NCBI GenBank assembly: GCA_963710375.1
Contig: CAVPZX010000003.1
Coordinates: 128,001 to 192,000 of the forward strand
Source: Nitrospirota bacterium
Lineage (GTDB): Bacteria > Nitrospirota > Thermodesulfovibrionia > Thermodesulfovibrionales > Dissulfurispiraceae
Length of the DNA stretch: 64,000 bases
Direction: 5' to 3'
Positions 38,395 to 47,847 of this stretch are shown in pieces (positions within the stretch are counted from its first letter, which is position 1; every line of letters starts with the position of its first letter). Under the pieces are notes generated by a model. That model saw only the letters and a list, made by a program, of their open reading frames with translations, searched no databases and had not been told where the DNA came from. Position numbers and translations under genes: made by a program.

Positions 38395-39308
38395 TGAATA
38401 TGATAAAAAACATAATGAGACTTTTTGCTGTCATAGTGGTACTGCTCCTGCCGATTGGCGCATTCAGCGCCGACATTCCCAAGTTCCGCTTCATAACCTC
38501 AATATACACTGACAGTAAGGGAGACTCCTTAAAGCAGCCGGAGGGGGTGGCCTGCAACTATAAATCGCTTGTTGTTGTGGCCGATACGGGGAAAAACCGT
38601 CTAATTAAATATACCTTCTCTGACGGCTCATTGCAGGGGGGAGACGAGCTGCCTGTTTCAGGACTGTCCAATCCGCTGCGGGTCCAGGTGAATTCAAAAG
38701 GAGAGATCTTTGCCCTTGACGGAAAAGAGCGCCGTATTGCACGGATAAGCCGGGAGGGTGCATTAATGGGTTATGTCACACCCCAGGGGCTGCCGGCTCC
38801 CCCTGATTTTATTCCGAGGAGCTTCAGGATCGATGGAAACGATGCTATTTACATCATCGATATATTTAATGCACGCGTGCTGGTCCTCGATCCGTCGATG
38901 AAATTCATACGGCTGCTGCCATTCCCCGACAACTATGGTTTTATATCGGACCTTGCAGTAAATGCGCAGGGCACTATTTTTTTGATCGACAGCGTGAACT
39001 CTGTAGTGTATTCGGCCGACAAGAATGCGAGCGGTTTTGCGCCGCTGACAAAGCCTCTGAAAGAAAATATAGCCTTTGCCGCCAATATCGCCCTTGATAA
39101 CAATGGCACGATCTACCTGGCTGACCAAAACAGCAGTACTATAGTCACCATCAATAAAGACGGTTCTTTTCAGACAAGGCATTTGAGCATGGGATGGAAA
39201 GACGGTATGCTTCACTATCCCACTCAAATGTGCATCACCAACAGCGGTGACATGTTCATTGCAGACAGGGACAACAACAGGATTGGGATATTCAACATTG
39301 TCCAATAG
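38391..39308 (+). CDS. Exported NHL-repeat beta-propeller protein
   Basis: PEGVA...VVADTGKNRL and PTQMCITNSGDMFIADRDNNRI repeats. Confidence 0.88.
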   Translation: MMNMIKNIMRLFAVIVVLLLPIGAFSADIPKFRFITSIYTDSKGDSLKQPEGVACNYKSLVVVADTGKNRLIKYTFSDGSLQGGDELPVSGLSNPLRVQVNSKGEIFALDGKERRIARISREGALMGYVTPQGLPAPPDFIPRSFRIDGNDAIYIIDIFNARVLVLDPSMKFIRLLPFPDNYGFISDLAVNAQGTIFLIDSVNSVVYSADKNASGFAPLTKPLKENIAFAANIALDNNGTIYLADQNSSTIVTINKDGSFQTRHLSMGWKDGMLHYPTQMCITNSGDMFIADRDNNRIGIFNIVQ

Positions 39309-39370
39309 AAAATATCAGGTCCTGGCCGGCAAGCTCGTTCAGAGTATTTGAATCCTGGTTGAAATTGTGA

Positions 39371-40027
39371 TTAAGGCTTTTGCAGCTGAAGGCCGCTCAT
39401 TTTAAGTCCGTCAATAAGGCTTTTGAACCTCTTGTAGGATTCTCCGGATTTATTTCCGTCCAGCGCCACAATGTCTCTGACTTTTGCATTCGCCGAGAGG
39501 AGTGCGCCTTCAAAGCGTTCAGCCTCTTCCCGTTGACGTTCTGTTTTTGTTCTTTCTGTTTTTTCTGTTTCTATTTTCTCCTCATCCGCAATTTTTCCGA
39601 TAGTATCGACATCCGGTCTTTGTTTGGTTTGCTCCTTATTTTCAGGTGATTGTTCAACTTTGTCCTCTTGCGCGCCATCCGGTTTTGCCATAGCAGCAAC
39701 AGCATCGCTGATAAACCTGTCAAGATCAGCGGAAGCACTGCTTGTGTAAAACGCGCTCAGCGGAACATCCACGACATTTACGGATTTCTCTTCTATAGCA
39801 TCCAGAAATGAATTCACGGATAAAGCTGCCCTGTTATATGAATCAACAAGAGGTTTGCGTTTATCGCCGGTAAGGTCTTTTCTTGCGCTTACCTGATCAG
39901 CCAAGTAGTTTGCAAGCAGGATTTTCTCGCATGCCGCCCTCAGCCCGTCAGTCCTTTTGACTTCGTAGCACCCTGCCAAAAACAGGCATACTGCTATAAT
40001 AAATGCAATACAAACTGTTTTCTCCAT
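39371..40027 (-). CDS. Hypothetical lipoprotein
   Basis: LAGC lipobox after a hydrophobic stretch. Confidence 0.7.
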   Translation of the reverse strand: MEKTVCIAFIIAVCLFLAGCYEVKRTDGLRAACEKILLANYLADQVSARKDLTGDKRKPLVDSYNRAALSVNSFLDAIEEKSVNVVDVPLSAFYTSSASADLDRFISDAVAAMAKPDGAQEDKVEQSPENKEQTKQRPDVDTIGKIADEEKIETEKTERTKTERQREEAERFEGALLSANAKVRDIVALDGNKSGESYKRFKSLIDGLKMSGLQLQKP

Positions 40028-40055
40028 AGACGCGACTTCCTGTTCCCAGGACATG

Positions 40056-40628
40056 TCAAAGCTGGTGGAATGCGCGGATTTCTTCCTTCATTCTCTCCAC
40101 AGCAGACTGGAGCGATAGGGCGCTCGATAACGATGGAGTACCCGTGAGCATTGATGTGCTGAGTTCTGTTGACGCTGCGGACAATGCCGGCTGCTGCTCT
40201 TTAATCCGCAGAATTTTTTCCCGAAGACTTGCCCGCATCTCATCCAAACCCATGGCCAGGTCCTGAAACTCATCCCCCTTTCTGAGGACGACCTTGCTTG
40301 CAAGGTCGCCGCCGGCAATCCCTGCAAGGCTTCTTTTGATCGCAAAAAGCGGCGGGGAAAGCCGCTTCAAAAGCGAATGAATAATCTGAGCAAGAATGCC
40401 TGCAAAAACTACAAGCGTAACCACCTGCACGCCGATAGTAAGGGGGAGGAGCAGTTCGTTTATTGTAGAAATATCGCAATAGGACGAATAACACAAGACC
40501 GTCAGCTTTTTCTGGGCAACATAGATAAACAGCATGACTGTGACAGCCGCCCATATTGTCGCAAGGACGACAAACCGCATAATGAAACGGGATTGAAGAT
40601 CTTTATTGATAAAATAATTTCTTCTCAT
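40056..40628 (-). CDS. Small two-TM HAMP-domain membrane protein
   Basis: RRNYFINKDLQ N-terminus; PLFAIKRSLAGIAGGDL...LRKGDEFQDLA HAMP motif. Confidence 0.8.
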   Translation of the reverse strand: MRRNYFINKDLQSRFIMRFVVLATIWAAVTVMLFIYVAQKKLTVLCYSSYCDISTINELLLPLTIGVQVVTLVVFAGILAQIIHSLLKRLSPPLFAIKRSLAGIAGGDLASKVVLRKGDEFQDLAMGLDEMRASLREKILRIKEQQPALSAASTELSTSMLTGTPSLSSALSLQSAVERMKEEIRAFHQL

Positions 40629-40664
40629 TATTCACCTTTACCTATGCCTGTGTCCCTGCCTGTG

Positions 40665-41243
40665 TCATGTCCTGATTTCCGAGAGGCTCCTCTCGATTTT
40701 TTTTATATTGCTTTCCATTTCTTCTGCCGACTGCCTGATTGCTGCAGTATCATGGCCATTCCGGATAATTTCGGCTGCAGCCCTTGACTGCATCTCAAGA
40801 GTGTCGAGACAGGCCGTAATTTCAGAAATACGGGACCTGTACCGGCTCGCCACATCATTTAGAAAAATCTTCATGTCCTTCAGGTTGTCCTTTGAGCGAA
40901 AAGAGAAATTGCAGGTCAGATCGCCCTGAGCGATTTTGGCCGCCTCAACTCCGAGGCGATAGGCAGGGCCGGCTATGCGGTGAGAATAGAACAAATGAAA
41001 CACAGCCAGAGCCAGAGCAATAACAATAGAAATGGCCGCATAGACGCTTGCCACTTTCCATATAAGGTCTTTCCGGATCGATTGCACTGCTGCCAATGTG
41101 TTATGAAAGCCCTGACCCAGGTTTGCCGGAAACAACAAAGAGACTGCCCAACAGGCCATAGCAGCACCGAGCGAAACAATTACGAATGTAATTATATATA
41201 AGAATATTCGATAATTTTTCTGTGTAACGAGTCCCTTCTGCAT
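40665..41243 (-). CDS. Small two-TM HAMP-domain membrane protein
   Basis: SHRIAGPAYRL...IAQGDL...FRSKDNL HAMP motif; start uncertain (ORF open to 41318). Confidence 0.78.
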   Translation of the reverse strand: MQKGLVTQKNYRIFLYIITFVIVSLGAAMACWAVSLLFPANLGQGFHNTLAAVQSIRKDLIWKVASVYAAISIVIALALAVFHLFYSHRIAGPAYRLGVEAAKIAQGDLTCNFSFRSKDNLKDMKIFLNDVASRYRSRISEITACLDTLEMQSRAAAEIIRNGHDTAAIRQSAEEMESNIKKIERSLSEIRT

Positions 41244-41643
41244 ATGCGCCCTTTCAATAACAATATCATCAGTCTTCCAGCTACAAGATACTTTAACAGA
41301 TGAGTAATCATAGTGCAAGTGGCGCCACCGCTGGGTAGTGGGCCAGTTTGTTTTTGTTCTGTATCACCTGGGTTATCAGTAGTGGGCGAGTAACCTGCAC
41401 CCCAAAAAGTCTTACGACTTGTTGGGGACCCCGTCCGCCGAGCCCACATATATAGAAGTGGCGACCACAGATAATGCTCAATATAGGCCAGTGATTGAAT
41501 TGAACGGCTAATTGATACAGAGCAAAAACAAACTGGCTCACTACCCAAAGGAATGATGGTGGAGGCGGCAGATCAATACATGTTAAAATTAAAGTGATAT
41601 ACTTTCTTTAATAATCGAATGCGTTGCTGTAAAATGAAACTGA

Positions 41644-42912
41644 ATGAATCAGGCAAAGGCCATGAAAAAAAGTATAAAACTTTATGTATCCCTTATAGTA
41701 GTATGTTTTGTCTGTAGCCGGCTGAGTCCGGCTGGTGCAACCCCTTCCCCTGCCTTTCATAGGGGAGGGACTAATGAGTGTCAGGAATGCCACACCAACA
41801 AAAATGCCGACTCAAGAGATTTTGCTCAAATGCTCCGTGAAATAAAAGGGTTGAACAGACCTCGATCGGACAAGAGCAGCGATTTAAGAGGATCGGATGA
41901 GAGTTCGACCTGCCTTCGCTGCCATGAGGCTCCCAGAGGCACACGGAACCCTACCGGACATTATGTCGCAACCAATATCTCCGATTTGCGCGGCGGCCTG
42001 CCTCCTTCACAAATGACGCCCGGGGGAGACTTCGGATGGTTAAAGAAGAGTTACTTCTGGAAACCGCCTGACGAACGAGGTCCCGGTCATTGGAGCTCCG
42101 GCTTCCTGCACGGGCATAGTATTTTAGCAATGGACTACGGATATGACGGCAATAGCGACTACTATACTGCACCGGGTGGAAGCTATCCGGCAAGAAATCT
42201 TTCCTGCATTAGCTGCCACGATCCGCATGCTACAATTGCTAAAGGTCCTGGAGATAGAGGCTCTTATCGCTTGCTGGGCGGGAAGGGCTATTCACCTAGC
42301 TCAGCCGGAGGTATGGCGTTCGCTATTGACCCGCCTGTGGCTGTTGCTCCGCGCGGCTATAACAGGGCCGAGTATGCAACCGAGACCAGGGTTGCTTATG
42401 GAAAGGGAATGTCAGAATGGTGCACAAATTGCCATGCAAACAGTTGCTCAGGAAGTTACGGCCATGCCGTCTGCAATAATGCCAGGTTCGGCGTGGTAAT
42501 TGCCGCCAATTATAACGCATATCGGAAAACAGGAGACCTCAACGGAATGGAAAGCAGATCATTCACCTCGCTTGTACCGTTCGAGGAGGGTACGGATAAC
42601 ATTTCGTTTCTCCATCAGCACGCGAACACAGATGGAAGATACACCAGCGGCCCTGGCCCGAGTGCCAATGTAATGTGTCTGACCTGCCATAGGGCGCATG
42701 CATCTGCCTGGGACAACATGACACGATGGAACATGACCACGCCGTTTATCGTTTATAAAGGTAATTACCCGGGGATCGATAACGGTTCGCCTGTGAGATT
42801 GGCGCAGGGACGTACTTCCGCCGAGACAAAAAAAGCATATTATGACAGGCCCGCTACCTTTTTTGCCTCGTATCAAAGGAGCCTGTGTGATAAGTGCCAC
42901 CCAAAGGACTGA
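41644..42912 (+). CDS. Divergent OmcS-family hexaheme cytochrome, copy 3 (lacks the His16 equivalent)
   Basis: FHRGGTNECQECHTNKN, QMTPGGDFGWLKK, CISCHDPH, GMSEWCTNCH, CLTCHRAHAS and LCDKCHPKD. Confidence 0.85.
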   Translation: MNQAKAMKKSIKLYVSLIVVCFVCSRLSPAGATPSPAFHRGGTNECQECHTNKNADSRDFAQMLREIKGLNRPRSDKSSDLRGSDESSTCLRCHEAPRGTRNPTGHYVATNISDLRGGLPPSQMTPGGDFGWLKKSYFWKPPDERGPGHWSSGFLHGHSILAMDYGYDGNSDYYTAPGGSYPARNLSCISCHDPHATIAKGPGDRGSYRLLGGKGYSPSSAGGMAFAIDPPVAVAPRGYNRAEYATETRVAYGKGMSEWCTNCHANSCSGSYGHAVCNNARFGVVIAANYNAYRKTGDLNGMESRSFTSLVPFEEGTDNISFLHQHANTDGRYTSGPGPSANVMCLTCHRAHASAWDNMTRWNMTTPFIVYKGNYPGIDNGSPVRLAQGRTSAETKKAYYDRPATFFASYQRSLCDKCHPKD

Positions 42913-42962
42913 AACCGGGCAGCAAAGAAATTATCACTATAAAGAGGGGGAATTTTCAGACA

Positions 42963-44381
42963 GTGAGCGGCGATGAAAAAAGCAAGAGTATAGTCGACAG
43001 GATTTGGGATTTATTTTCTTCCATAAAGCTTGCGGTGGTAGTTTTCACCATTATCTCGGCCACCTCTATCGTGGGCACCGTAATTGAACAACAAGCCGAA
43101 CCTGAGCAGAATATAAAACTGCTGGCAAAGTTTGTAGGTGTGGATTTTGCTCCAACTGCCTTTCGCATATTGGATACGCTGGGTTTTACCGATATGTTCC
43201 GCTCCTGGTGGTTCATGGCCCTACTGTTCATATTCACGGCTAATCTGGTCATCTGTTCTTTTGAGAGACTTCCCAAGATATGGAAGCTTGTCAAGGAGCC
43301 GGTCAAGCCTGTAACAGCTGAACGGTTAAATGCCCTGTCGATAAAACGGGAGATTATTTTAAAAGAGAAAGTTGACAAAGCCGCAGAGCATGCCGGGGCT
43401 GTACTGAAGAGGAATGGATTCAGGGCCGGCGAGAGGAAAGAGGACAACGGGGTCCAGTTATACGCTGAAAAGGGCAGATACAGCAGGCTTGGAGTATACA
43501 TTACACATCTGAGCATACTGCTGATATTGGGTGGAGCGGTAATAGGGATGATTTTCGGGTTCAATGGCTCGCTTAATTTACCGGAAGGGATGTCATCCGT
43601 TGTAGCCTATAAGAGCAGCGGAATGCAGATACCGCTGGGGTTTGAGGTCCGGTGCGATAATTTCAATGTTTCATTTTACGACAATACTGATACTCCCAAA
43701 TCATATAAAAGCTGGCTGACTATAATAGAGAGCGGTAAGGAAGTAAAGGGAAAGGTGATAGATGTGAACAACCCATTACAGCATAAAGGGATTACATTTT
43801 ATCAGGCCAGTTACGGGTATGCTCCGTCGAGGAATTCGATATTTAAATTCAGCGTAACATCGAATGCCGGGACAAGAGGAGATGTGAATGTTAAATTTGG
43901 AGAACCGTTCACGATACCCGGGACAGCAGTGACCGGGAAAGTTATTGACTTTAGTCCTGCAATCGGTATGGACGAGTCCGGGAAGCTGTATACGTATGCG
44001 GAAATGATGAATAACCCGGCAGCATTTGTGGAATTTACAGAGAACGGGAAAATGAAATACCGGCAGTGGATACTGGTGCGGTTACCGCAGACATGGAAGG
44101 TGGCGGATGGGACAGTTGAGTTCAAGCATTTATGGGGAGCACAGTATACCGGATTGCAGGTGAGGAAAGACCCTGGAGTATGGCTTGTCTATCTGGGGTG
44201 CATGGTTATGGCCATGGGACTGTATACCGCATTTTTCATGGGACATAGCAGGGTATGGATATGGGTGAGGGAAGACAAGGGCGGAGCAAAGGTTACGATA
44301 GCCGGGTCAGCGAATAAAAATAAGATCTCTTTTGAACAGAAGATAGATAAAATGACAAAAGAAGTAAGCAGTAAGCAGTAG
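42963..44381 (+). CDS. resB: Cytochrome c biogenesis protein ResB/Ccs1, copy 2
   Basis: Protein identical to 7305-8723. Confidence 0.93.
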   Translation: MSGDEKSKSIVDRIWDLFSSIKLAVVVFTIISATSIVGTVIEQQAEPEQNIKLLAKFVGVDFAPTAFRILDTLGFTDMFRSWWFMALLFIFTANLVICSFERLPKIWKLVKEPVKPVTAERLNALSIKREIILKEKVDKAAEHAGAVLKRNGFRAGERKEDNGVQLYAEKGRYSRLGVYITHLSILLILGGAVIGMIFGFNGSLNLPEGMSSVVAYKSSGMQIPLGFEVRCDNFNVSFYDNTDTPKSYKSWLTIIESGKEVKGKVIDVNNPLQHKGITFYQASYGYAPSRNSIFKFSVTSNAGTRGDVNVKFGEPFTIPGTAVTGKVIDFSPAIGMDESGKLYTYAEMMNNPAAFVEFTENGKMKYRQWILVRLPQTWKVADGTVEFKHLWGAQYTGLQVRKDPGVWLVYLGCMVMAMGLYTAFFMGHSRVWIWVREDKGGAKVTIAGSANKNKISFEQKIDKMTKEVSSKQ

Positions 44382-44397
44382 GCAAAGGAGGTTATAC

Positions 44398-45483
44398 ATG
44401 GACAGTTCTCAGTTTTTCGGCATAGCGAGCATTGCGTATATACTGGCAATGGTTGCGTATATAGCGTATCTGGCATTCAAGAATTCCGTGGTCGGGGTTA
44501 TCGCGACAACAATAACAGTGGTTGGATTTATCTCGCATACAATAGCATTTATTCTGCGTTGGAAAGAGTTTTACGAAATCGGCCAAATGGGGATACTGAG
44601 AGCGATACCCCTTACGAACCTCTATGAATCGCTGATATTCTTTGTCTGGTGCGTGATACTGGCGTATCTGATCATCGAGTGGAAATACAAGAACCGGTCG
44701 TTCGGAGCTTTTATCACCCCCATCGCGGGAATGGCGCTGGCGTTTATCGACATATCGGGGATGGATAAAAATATACACCCTCTGATACCTGCGCTTCAGA
44801 GCAACTGGCTGCTGGCGCATGTAACAATGAGTTTTCTCTCCTATGCAGCCTTTGCCATATCCTTTGCCACATCCATGATGTACCTGATTATTACGACTGA
44901 AGACAAAAAAAGCGCTCCTTATATTTTCTGGACGATTGCCTTGGGAGTATTTGTTTCGGTGTTTCTGGCCATGGGCATAGATTTTTTAGTATTCAAAGTT
45001 GCGATGAGTTCACCGGAATCGTTCATAAAGAGCTACCTGTTCAAGGCTACTTACAGGAACAGTTCAGGGGCGGTATCGCTCGTCAGTTATTTAGGGACGG
45101 CTGTTTTTATCTTCGTAATCTGGAAGTACGGCTATTTATTAAGAAACGTTATAACATCGTTCTCTATCTCACAGGATCTGCTTGATGACCTGACATATAA
45201 GAGTGTAGCAGTGGGGTTTCCGATATTCACACTTGGCGGACTGATATTCGGTGCGGTATGGGCAGACCAGGCGTGGGGCAGGTATTGGAGCTGGGACCCG
45301 AAAGAGACATGGTCATTGATAACGTGGTTTGTATATGCTTTTTATCTGCACGCGAGGTTTTTAAGAGGCTGGAGGGGCAGGAGGATAGCGGTAGTTGCGG
45401 TCGTGGGATTTGTCTGCACGGTCTTCACCTACCTGGGTGTTAACCTTCTGCTGAGCGGCCTGCATTCATATGGGGGAGGGTAA
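44398..45483 (+). CDS. resC: Cytochrome c biogenesis protein ResC/CcsA, copy 2
   Basis: Protein identical to 8740-9825. Confidence 0.95.
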   Translation: MDSSQFFGIASIAYILAMVAYIAYLAFKNSVVGVIATTITVVGFISHTIAFILRWKEFYEIGQMGILRAIPLTNLYESLIFFVWCVILAYLIIEWKYKNRSFGAFITPIAGMALAFIDISGMDKNIHPLIPALQSNWLLAHVTMSFLSYAAFAISFATSMMYLIITTEDKKSAPYIFWTIALGVFVSVFLAMGIDFLVFKVAMSSPESFIKSYLFKATYRNSSGAVSLVSYLGTAVFIFVIWKYGYLLRNVITSFSISQDLLDDLTYKSVAVGFPIFTLGGLIFGAVWADQAWGRYWSWDPKETWSLITWFVYAFYLHARFLRGWRGRRIAVVAVVGFVCTVFTYLGVNLLLSGLHSYGGG

Positions 45484-45569
45484 AAGACAAGGTTAAGGCT
45501 AAGGTTGAGGTTAAGCAAGGTTTCTTTTTTTCCCCTTAACCTTAACCTTGACCTCAACCTTGTTTTATT

Positions 45570-46571
45570 ATGAATATTCTCGGTATCGATACATCTTGCG
45601 ACGATACATCTGCCGCGGTAGTTTCGCACGGTGAGCAAATACTTTCTTCTATTGTTTCTTCTCAGACGGATATCCACAATAAGTATGGGGGCATTGTTCC
45701 CGAATTGGCGTCGCGCCGTCATGTCGAAATGATATGGCCTGTTGTCTATGAAGCCCTGAGTGCGGCAAATATTTCCATTGACGCAGTCAATGCCATTGCC
45801 GTGTGCTGCGGTCCAGGACTGATCGGATCGCTGCTGGTAGGATGCGGCTTTGCAAAAGCTGTGGGGTACGCACGAAACATTCCTCTTGTTGGAGTGAATC
45901 ATCTGGAGGGACATATTTTCTCGGTGTTCCTCGAAAAGGAGAAGCCTGAATTCCCTTTTTTGTCTCTGATCGCCTCTGGAGGACATACGACCCTTTTCAT
46001 TATCAACGGGTTCAGGCAATACAAGGAATTGGGCAGGACAAGAGATGATGCAGCAGGCGAGGCATATGATAAGGTTTCAAAGCTGCTGGGGCTTGGATAT
46101 CCCGGCGGTCCTCTTATAGACAGACTGGCCGGGGAGGGGAACGCCGGAGCATTTGAATTTCCCCGTGCCTGGCTGCCGGAATCCTTTGACTTCAGTTTCA
46201 GCGGCGTCAAGACAGCGGTCAAATTAGTTGTCGCTAAGGGCGCAGGATCGCTCAAAAATCAGGTCTTCCTGGCTGACATTGCCGCTTCCTTTCAGGCATC
46301 GGTGATCGATGTGCTCGTGAGAAAAGTTGAATTGGCTATAATAAAAACTGGAATACGCACTGTTGTGCTCTCGGGGGGTGTTGCCTCAAACAGTGGCCTG
46401 AGGAAGAAGATCAACGAGATGGCACATGAAAGAGAGGCAAAGGTTTTTTTGCCTTCGCCAGAACTCTGTACCGACAATGCCGCCATGATAGCGTCTGCCG
46501 GATACTATCATTACATTGCCGGAAATACAGCATCGCTCGACTTGAATCCCAAGGCTTACCTGCCGTTATAA
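45570..46571 (+). CDS. tsaD: tRNA N6-adenosine threonylcarbamoyltransferase
   Basis: LGIDTSCDDT, GGIVPELASRRH, NHLEGH, DDAAGEAYDK and CTDNAAMIA motifs. Confidence 0.97.
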   Translation: MNILGIDTSCDDTSAAVVSHGEQILSSIVSSQTDIHNKYGGIVPELASRRHVEMIWPVVYEALSAANISIDAVNAIAVCCGPGLIGSLLVGCGFAKAVGYARNIPLVGVNHLEGHIFSVFLEKEKPEFPFLSLIASGGHTTLFIINGFRQYKELGRTRDDAAGEAYDKVSKLLGLGYPGGPLIDRLAGEGNAGAFEFPRAWLPESFDFSFSGVKTAVKLVVAKGAGSLKNQVFLADIAASFQASVIDVLVRKVELAIIKTGIRTVVLSGGVASNSGLRKKINEMAHEREAKVFLPSPELCTDNAAMIASAGYYHYIAGNTASLDLNPKAYLPL

Positions 46572-46595
46572 TTATTTTTAGAGAAGTGTAAGGAG

Positions 46596-47843
46596 TTGCT
46601 GATGCATTTTCAGGGAGTGGCAGGATTGCTGGTACTGACAGGACTTGCGTGGGCTCTAAGCGAAAACAGGGGTAAGGTCAATTATTATGGAGTGCTTGCA
46701 GGCATTGCTGTTCAGATATGCATTGCGGCTCTTCTTCTGTATGTCCCGGTCTTCAAGAGTTTTTTCCTGTTGTTGAACGGCCTTGTTCTTTCGCTTGAAG
46801 AATCTACCAGGGCTGGAACCTCATTTGTGTTCGGTTATATAGGCGGCGGTACTCCGCCATTTTTTGTCAAAGACCCCGGATCATATTTCATACTGGCTTT
46901 CCAGGCGCTTCCTTTAGTATTGGTGATCGGCGCTCTTTCATCCCTTTTCTTCTACTGGAGAATCCTGCCGTATATTGTCAGGGCCTTTTCTCTGGCGCTG
47001 CAAAAGACGCTGAATATAGGCGGTGCGTTAGGGCTCGGCGCTTCGACTACGATTTTTTTGGGCATGGTCGAGTCTCCCCTTGTTATAAAACCGTATTTGC
47101 AGGAAATGACAAGGAGCGAGATTTTCTCTCTGATGGTATGCGGAATGGCGTGTATAGCCGGAACAGTAATGGTTTTATATTCAACTCTCCTGAAAGGGGT
47201 CATCCCTGATCCGTTGGGAAATATTCTGACTGCCTCCTTTATTCATGTCGCTGCTGCCATCACGATCTCGCGTATCATGATTCCGGAGGTCGAAAAGCAG
47301 ACGAGCGGAACTTTTATCCCAAGGCAGGATGCTAACAGCTCCATGGATGCAATTGTGAAAGGAACAATTAACGCGCTCTACCTTCTTTTAAACATCGTGG
47401 CAATGCTTATAGTCATGGTTGCATTGGTCCATCTTGTTAACATGGCGCTCGGCCTTCTTCCCGCTGTGGCAGGGAGAGATGTCACACTGCAGCGGTTGTT
47501 AGGCTTCGTTATGGCCCCTGTTGTTTGGCTTTTCGGTATCCCTTGGGCAGAGGCGCAAACCGCAGGATACCTGATGGGCACGAAGACAATGCTTAATGAA
47601 CTACTGGCCTTTGTTGATCTCTCCAATCTTCCGCCGGAAGCACTAAGTCCCAGGAGCAGATTGATTATGACCTATGCTCTGAGCAGCTTCGCAAATTTCG
47701 GCAGCCTGGGCATACTGATCGGAGGACTGGGGAGTATGGTCCCCGAACGCAGCAGTGAGATCGTGGGACTGGGCATCAGGTCTCTTGTCGCAGGAACACT
47801 GGCAACCTGTATGACCGGAGCTGTAATAGGGATTCTTCAATAA
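46596..47843 (+). CDS. Concentrative nucleoside transporter (NupC/CNT family)
   Basis: FLGMVESP, GMACIAGTV, NELLAF and SFANFGSLGI motifs. Confidence 0.92.
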   Translation: MLMHFQGVAGLLVLTGLAWALSENRGKVNYYGVLAGIAVQICIAALLLYVPVFKSFFLLLNGLVLSLEESTRAGTSFVFGYIGGGTPPFFVKDPGSYFILAFQALPLVLVIGALSSLFFYWRILPYIVRAFSLALQKTLNIGGALGLGASTTIFLGMVESPLVIKPYLQEMTRSEIFSLMVCGMACIAGTVMVLYSTLLKGVIPDPLGNILTASFIHVAAAITISRIMIPEVEKQTSGTFIPRQDANSSMDAIVKGTINALYLLLNIVAMLIVMVALVHLVNMALGLLPAVAGRDVTLQRLLGFVMAPVVWLFGIPWAEAQTAGYLMGTKTMLNELLAFVDLSNLPPEALSPRSRLIMTYALSSFANFGSLGILIGGLGSMVPERSSEIVGLGIRSLVAGTLATCMTGAVIGILQ

Positions 47844-47847
47844 AATT

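Larger units (their letters stand above)
42940..45573 (+). repeat. Direct repeat copy 2 (2,634 bp)
   Basis: Matches 7282-9915; ends at the ATGA that starts tsaD. Confidence 0.97.

Noticed and set aside
42894..42962. Longer N-terminus for resB copy 2
   Set aside because: Lies mostly outside the repeat; the GTG at 42963 with its RBS matches copy 1.
7282..45573. Prophage, ICE or composite transposon interpretation of the island
   Set aside because: No integrase, transposase, phage or conjugation gene and no tRNA att site is visible.
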